The notes below the pieces were generated by a model. The model searched no databases. It saw only the letters and a list, made by a program, of their open reading frames with translations, and was not told the DNA's origin. Positions 59,691 through 64,000 of a stretch of DNA of 64,000 bases are shown here, piece after piece. Numbering within the stretch: position 1 is the first letter of the stretch; each line of letters begins with the position of its first letter. Origin of the DNA: Chlorobiota bacterium. Its GTDB lineage: Bacteria; Bacteroidota; Ignavibacteria; Kapaibacteriales; UBA2268. The translations under genes were made by a program, and so were the position numbers. The DNA is taken from NCBI GenBank assembly GCA_041596515.1, contig JBFHIJ010000003.1, positions 82,945-146,944 of the forward strand, given 5' to 3'.

Positions 59691-61199
59691 ATGTCGCAAA
59701 AGGCTATCAAAATATTTCTGAATGGGGTGGAAAAGGTAGGTAATATGCTACCGCACCCGGCTACACTCTTTGGATTATTTGCAGTAAGTATACTAATTTT
59801 ATCTGCTGTTTTTGCATCTTTCGGATTAGAAGCTATTGATCCTGTAACAGGTGAACTATACAAAGCAATTAACCTTCTTACAAAAGATGGTGTGCATGAC
59901 ATTTTGTTAAAGATGGTAACTAACTTTACTGATTTTGCTCCACTTGGTATAGTTATCGTTGCTATGTTAGGTATTGGGCTCGCTGACGATTCCGGTCTGA
60001 TTGGAGTTCTTATCAGGGGGCTTGTTATATATTCTCCGACTAAAATGCTTACATTCATCATAGTTTTTGCAGGGATCATGTCTAATCTTGCTTCCAGTGT
60101 AGGCTATGTATTATTAGTTCCCTTGGCAGGTACTATCTTTATGGCTGTCGGAAGGCATCCCATTGCGGGAATGGCTGCAGGATTTGCCGGAGTTTCCGGT
60201 GGTTATTCTGCCAATTTGATTCTCGGCACTATTGATCCACTACTGGCAGGGCTATCCCAAGAAGCTGCCAGAATAGTTGATCCTGCTTATGTGGTAAACC
60301 CTACTTCAAATTATTTCTTTATGGTTGCCTCAACAGTATTAGTAGCAGTGCTGGGCACATGGGTGACAGAAAAAATTGTAGTGCCAAGACTCGGCAAATT
60401 TAATGCTTCTGAATATGAGCAAGAAAAGATAGAACATCTCAGTGCGAAGGAGAAAAAAGGACTGCTCCGCTGTACAATTATGTTTGCGGGTTTTGTTATT
60501 CTAATTGCAATAGGCTTAGTGCCGGAAGATGGATTACTTCGTGGCATGGATGGCGGTCTGCTGACTTCTCCTTTACTTAAAGGTGTTGTTGCAGTGCTAT
60601 TTATAGTTGCAGGGCTCATGGGTGTACTTTATGGTTTCAGCGTTGGAAAATATAAAAATGACAGCGATGTGATGAAAGGAATGACTCAATCTATGAAATC
60701 ACTTGGAGCATATTTAGTGCTTGTCTTTTTCGCTGCACAGTTTGTTCAATATTTTAACTGGAGTAATCTGGGCATCATTTTAGCCATAAACGGTGCGAAC
60801 TTTATCCAAAGTTTGGAGCTTGGACTATTCCCACTTGTCATAATGTTTTTAATTTTTGCTGCAATGATAAATCTTGTGATGGGTAGTGCTTCTGCTAAAT
60901 GGGCGTTATTAGCTCCAATATTTGTCCCGATGTTTATGTATTTAGGCTACACACCTGAACTTACTCAGGTAGTTTATAGAATTGGAGATAGTACAACCAA
61001 TATCATAAGCCCAATGATGAGCTTTTTTGCTCTTATTATAGTATACTTCCAAAAATATGAAAAGGATGCCGGCATTGGAACACTGGTAGCAACAATGCTT
61101 CCATATACAATTGTGTTCTTCATAGGCTGGGCAATATTTCTATTGCTGTGGCTGTGGCTTGGCATTCCGTTAGGGCCGGGAGCCGGAGTGCATTTGTAA
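59691..61199 (+). CDS. AbgT-family transporter (p-aminobenzoyl-glutamate / antimetabolite efflux family)
   Basis: 502 aa multi-TM. N-terminus LNGVEKVGNMLPHPATLF and overall layout typical of AbgT/MtrF. Confidence 0.85.
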   Translation: MSQKAIKIFLNGVEKVGNMLPHPATLFGLFAVSILILSAVFASFGLEAIDPVTGELYKAINLLTKDGVHDILLKMVTNFTDFAPLGIVIVAMLGIGLADDSGLIGVLIRGLVIYSPTKMLTFIIVFAGIMSNLASSVGYVLLVPLAGTIFMAVGRHPIAGMAAGFAGVSGGYSANLILGTIDPLLAGLSQEAARIVDPAYVVNPTSNYFFMVASTVLVAVLGTWVTEKIVVPRLGKFNASEYEQEKIEHLSAKEKKGLLRCTIMFAGFVILIAIGLVPEDGLLRGMDGGLLTSPLLKGVVAVLFIVAGLMGVLYGFSVGKYKNDSDVMKGMTQSMKSLGAYLVLVFFAAQFVQYFNWSNLGIILAINGANFIQSLELGLFPLVIMFLIFAAMINLVMGSASAKWALLAPIFVPMFMYLGYTPELTQVVYRIGDSTTNIISPMMSFFALIIVYFQKYEKDAGIGTLVATMLPYTIVFFIGWAIFLLLWLWLGIPLGPGAGVHL

Positions 61200-61212
61200 A
61201 TGTCTATAGTTT

Positions 61213-61262
61213 ACCCCATAAGAGTTATCATAAATATAGCTCTTATGGGGTGGCTGTTTTCT
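61213..61262 (+). terminator. rho-independent terminator of abgT-like gene
   Basis: ACCCCATAAGAG / CTCTTATGGGGT 12-bp stem followed by GGCTGTTTTCTT. Confidence 0.6.
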
Positions 61263-61467
61263 TCCTGTACCACTTATAAATTGCGTCCCTCTAACCTTTT
61301 TCACTAAAAACTACAGGCTTTCATGCCACTATTTTATATCGATCTTCGGTGTTAGTATAACAATTTCTAATATCTCATTTCTTAGCGTTTCTTATAACTG
61401 TCCAATTTATTATATATAGAATATTTTATAATCTCTATGATTAATATTGAACTATATATTCTTTTAA

Positions 61468-61644
61468 CCTGGATTTGTCATTAGATACCATAATAGTGCC
61501 GTAAATGACCGTAGAACCAAGTAGTATGCTCACTTCCTCTGTAAGAAAATGTTACGTAATTGCTTATTGAACAAGGGGTTTCAATCCCTTGCCATTCAAT
61601 GACTTTAAAGCTATTTCATCTTTTTAAATGACATTTATGGGTTT
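61468..61644 (+). repeat. dispersed ~175-nt repeat family copy
   Basis: CCTGGATTTGTCATTAGATACCATAATAGTGCCGTAAATGACCGTAGAACCAAGTAGTATGCTCACTTCC...GTTACGTAATTGCTTATTGAACAAGGGGTTTCAATCCC...TAAATGACATTTATGGGTT. Confidence 0.9.
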
Positions 61645-61856
61645 AATAGAAACGAATACTACCAACTACATAAATTAGTTACTGAAAAAATTGAGGTTAG
61701 ATAAATGCAAAATTAGAGAATATTGGGGAGAAGGCAAAATAAGGATAGGTACTAAGAATAATTTTGAACTAAATATTATTCTTTTTCGTATATTATAATA
61801 AGTCGACTTTGCTATCTGAATAGGTATGTTGAGCCGCAAAAATCAAAAAAATTGTA

Positions 61857-61886
61857 CCTCGGTTTAAAACCGGGGTTTTTTATTTT
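61857..61886. terminator. GC-rich hairpin terminator abutting DUF3800 gene stop
   Basis: CCTCGG / CCGGGG stem with a 7-nt loop. TTTTTTATTTT follows on the plus strand and an A-run lies upstream (a T-run on the minus strand). Confidence 0.55.
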
Positions 61887-62632
61887 CTAACTATACCTAA
61901 TGTGTCTTGAGAACTTGCCTCTTTAAGTAGTATGGGTTCCAAATTCAAAAACAGCTTTTCGATATTATATTTTTTTAAACTTCCCTTTGGGTACTCTCTT
62001 CTATAAAGTAAGTGTACAATTGTATCTACAGATTGAATAAAATATGAGTGATTAGAATTTCTCATAAAAACATCTTCAATTATGTTATTTGTAGGTATAT
62101 CTCTATAATTTGCATAAAAGGATGGAACCGGATTATACACTCTCATTTTACGCAAAAGAGATCGAATTAGCGGTTCATTGGTATCATCTGATATTATAAT
62201 GCCTTTCTGGTCTCCTACAGATTTTTTTAGAAAAGTATCATATCTTTGTATTATTCTAGACCAAGCCAGAGTTTGATACTCTTCATACGTGTTCAAGTCT
62301 TCTTTATTCAAAGAAATATTTATCACTTTAGAATTACAGAAAATAAGTGGTAACTCTAGAGATGCAAGTTTTAAAATTTCAATTCTATCTTTCTTGTTTA
62401 TCTTTTTATATGCATCAATTTTATTGATTCGTATTAATTCGGCTGCATGTATTTCAGTCTTCAATAAAAAATTATATTTTTCTTTTAGAAGAGTACGGAA
62501 TTTTTTAAGCCTATGTAAGCATTCTGACCAATCATCAAAAGCAACGATAATACCACTAAGCATAAAGTGCTTAGAACTAAATTCTGTATATTTTCCTGGG
62601 TCACCACTTTCATCTACATAAAGTATATACAT
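61880..62632 (-). CDS. DUF3800 domain-containing protein
   Basis: The N-terminal MYILYVDESGD hallmark is recalled as the DUF3800 signature. 250 aa. AT-rich. Confidence 0.7.
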   Translation of the reverse strand: MYILYVDESGDPGKYTEFSSKHFMLSGIIVAFDDWSECLHRLKKFRTLLKEKYNFLLKTEIHAAELIRINKIDAYKKINKKDRIEILKLASLELPLIFCNSKVINISLNKEDLNTYEEYQTLAWSRIIQRYDTFLKKSVGDQKGIIISDDTNEPLIRSLLRKMRVYNPVPSFYANYRDIPTNNIIEDVFMRNSNHSYFIQSVDTIVHLLYRREYPKGSLKKYNIEKLFLNLEPILLKEASSQDTLGIVRK

Positions 62633-62658
62633 GCAAATAGTTCCATAATATTTTAAAA

Positions 62659-64000
62659 TTAAGTATCTAGATTATCTGTATTCTCATCTCTAAATTTCTC
62701 TAGCTTATCTATTATCTCTTCAAGTTTTTTACTCAAAACATTAAGGTTATATATTTTGATTTTGTCAGTAATGCCCTCGTGGTTATCAATTTCTGCCTTA
62801 AAGTTTTTTAGACTTTGGATATCTTCAATCTGAGTATGTGATATGATTGTGTTCTGATCGTTGGATTCAGTGGGATATATAGTATTAAGGATTTGAACAA
62901 AAGAAAAGATAGTTTTATTCTTCAAGAATTTTACATGATTTGCAAAAACTTCACCATCAATATATTTAAATATTGGAATTTTGACTTCACCATAAATACC
63001 AGTAATTTCATATAATTTATTGTAAAATGTTCCTCTATCTAATTCATCATTTATACTGAAAATCAAGTTGCTAACTGAAGTTTCTTCTTCTTTCTTTTCA
63101 TAATTTCTCAGCTCAGTTATTGAATGAGCTATTAACTTGTCGAGAATTACATTATCTGCATCATCAAAATATTTTTCAATATCATAAAACCTATTTTTTT
63201 TATATATATAATATCGATCCTTTTTAGGAATATTTTTAACTCTCAAATTAATCAGTTCTTTTGCTCGTTTAACAATATCATCTTTTGTTTGTTCAATTAG
63301 TTGTTTTTGAATTAAGCTTAATAAAATTCCTGTTATTTGAAAGATTGTTCGAAGTCCAAAGTCTTTATCATTAAAGAATTTTTTAATGACCTCATCTTTT
63401 GTTTTTTTAAAATCTTTTTCTTCTAAATTAAACCATCTCCACAACTTTCCCCAGGGTTGAAGAGTATAAGAAGAGAAAAAACCATTTTGCTTTAGTTCAG
63501 ACTCCAGTATGTCTTTATCTAAAACACCTGTTTTAAAATAGCTACACAAATAGGCTGATGGATAAGCTGAATCATAATATTTAACAACGAATATATTTTT
63601 CGAAGTTATATATTTATTTTCAATATTTTGCATTGTGTTTCTAAAATTATCGTTCTGAATATTCTCATATTCTAACTCGCTACCATCAAAATATTTTTGG
63701 TTGCCAGAATGAAATTCCATATAAACTAGAACAAATAAGAAAATAAAGTTATCTAAAAAGTCCTTATAGTTTTTATGTTTAACATACTGATTATCAATAT
63801 GCTTAATAAATCTCGCTAAATCTTTCAGACAGTGTCTTAGTAAACGTAAATTATTAGTTTGAGAGGCTTCAAATACTCTTATTATCAAATCTTTACGAGC
63901 ATAGAGATCCGTCCGTATTTTAATACTGTCTTCTGACTTATCTCCGATTTCTTCAATAAACTCTTGAATCGCACTTTCTACATCACATTGAATCTCTAAC
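62659..64000 (-). CDS. hypothetical large protein, C-terminal part (ORF continues past window end)
   Basis: My own translation of 63889-63999 shows no in-frame stop upstream of the ORF-track TTG start (...LEIQCDVESAIQEFIEEIGDKSEDSIKIRTDLYARKDL-IIRVFEAS...). The real start is therefore beyond nt 64000. Very AT-rich, helical, no motif recognised with confidence. Confidence 0.6.
   Translation of the reverse strand, partial: LEIQCDVESAIQEFIEEIGDKSEDSIKIRTDLYARKDLIIRVFEASQTNNLRLLRHCLKDLARFIKHIDNQYVKHKNYKDFLDNFIFLFVLVYMEFHSGNQKYFDGSELEYENIQNDNFRNTMQNIENKYITSKNIFVVKYYDSAYPSAYLCSYFKTGVLDKDILESELKQNGFFSSYTLQPWGKLWRWFNLEEKDFKKTKDEVIKKFFNDKDFGLRTIFQITGILLSLIQKQLIEQTKDDIVKRAKELINLRVKNIPKKDRYYIYKKNRFYDIEKYFDDADNVILDKLIAHSITELRNYEKKEEETSVSNLIFSINDELDRGTFYNKLYEITGIYGEVKIPIFKYIDGEVFANHVKFLKNKTIFSFVQILNTIYPTESNDQNTIISHTQIEDIQSLKNFKAEIDNHEGITDKIKIYNLNVLSKKLEEIIDKLEKFRDENTDNLDT

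Noticed and set aside
61645-61886. Possible short plus-strand sRNA ending at the 61857-61886 hairpin/T-run
   Set aside because: The only promoter-like hexamers (TTGAAC ... TATATT) have a 19-nt or longer spacer. The hairpin is adequately explained as the terminator of the convergent DUF3800 operon.

Overview
64-kb chromosomal segment from a low-GC, Shine-Dalgarno-using diderm bacterium. The DUF5020/Tsx-like porin, a 753-aa mitochondrial-type aconitase and a Bacteroides-like L33 suggest the FCB group (Bacteroidota/Ignavibacteriota-like); this is inference only. I call about 50 protein genes and one tRNA-Phe(GAA). I found no rRNA, CRISPR array, transposase or integrase. Housekeeping genes: metG, murA, rpmG (59 aa, missed by the ORF track), purE, aconitase, PGM/PMM, plsC, maf, bacterioferritin. 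Transport, stress and sensing genes: two Trk/Ktr K+ uptake systems (one preceded by a CHAD protein), a czcCBA-type RND efflux operon preceded by a membrane polyferredoxin, an AbgT transporter, a porin plus purine permease pair, three tandem hsp20 genes, three S9 peptidases, an MCP and an orphan Cys-cluster histidine kinase. The most striking signal is non-coding: ten copies of a ~175-nt intergenic repeat with imperfect terminal inverted repeats and perfectly conserved internal palindromes, about one per 6 kb. Eight of ten are in the same orientation, and most sit in 3' intergenic spaces between convergent genes. No autonomous element is present in the window. Other candidates for a second look: an AT-rich two-gene ORFan cassette (22933-25770; 201-aa protein plus 742-aa helical protein with C-terminal TM helices); an AT-rich DUF3800 plus large ORF cassette running off the right edge; a divergent ArsR / Cys-Gly-rich mini-protein pair with an inverted-repeat operator candidate; a lone DsrC-type (Cx10C) gene; and a small hydrophobic ORF in an 870-bp gene-less region. 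All functional calls rest on motifs read by eye and recalled family knowledge. No database search was run.
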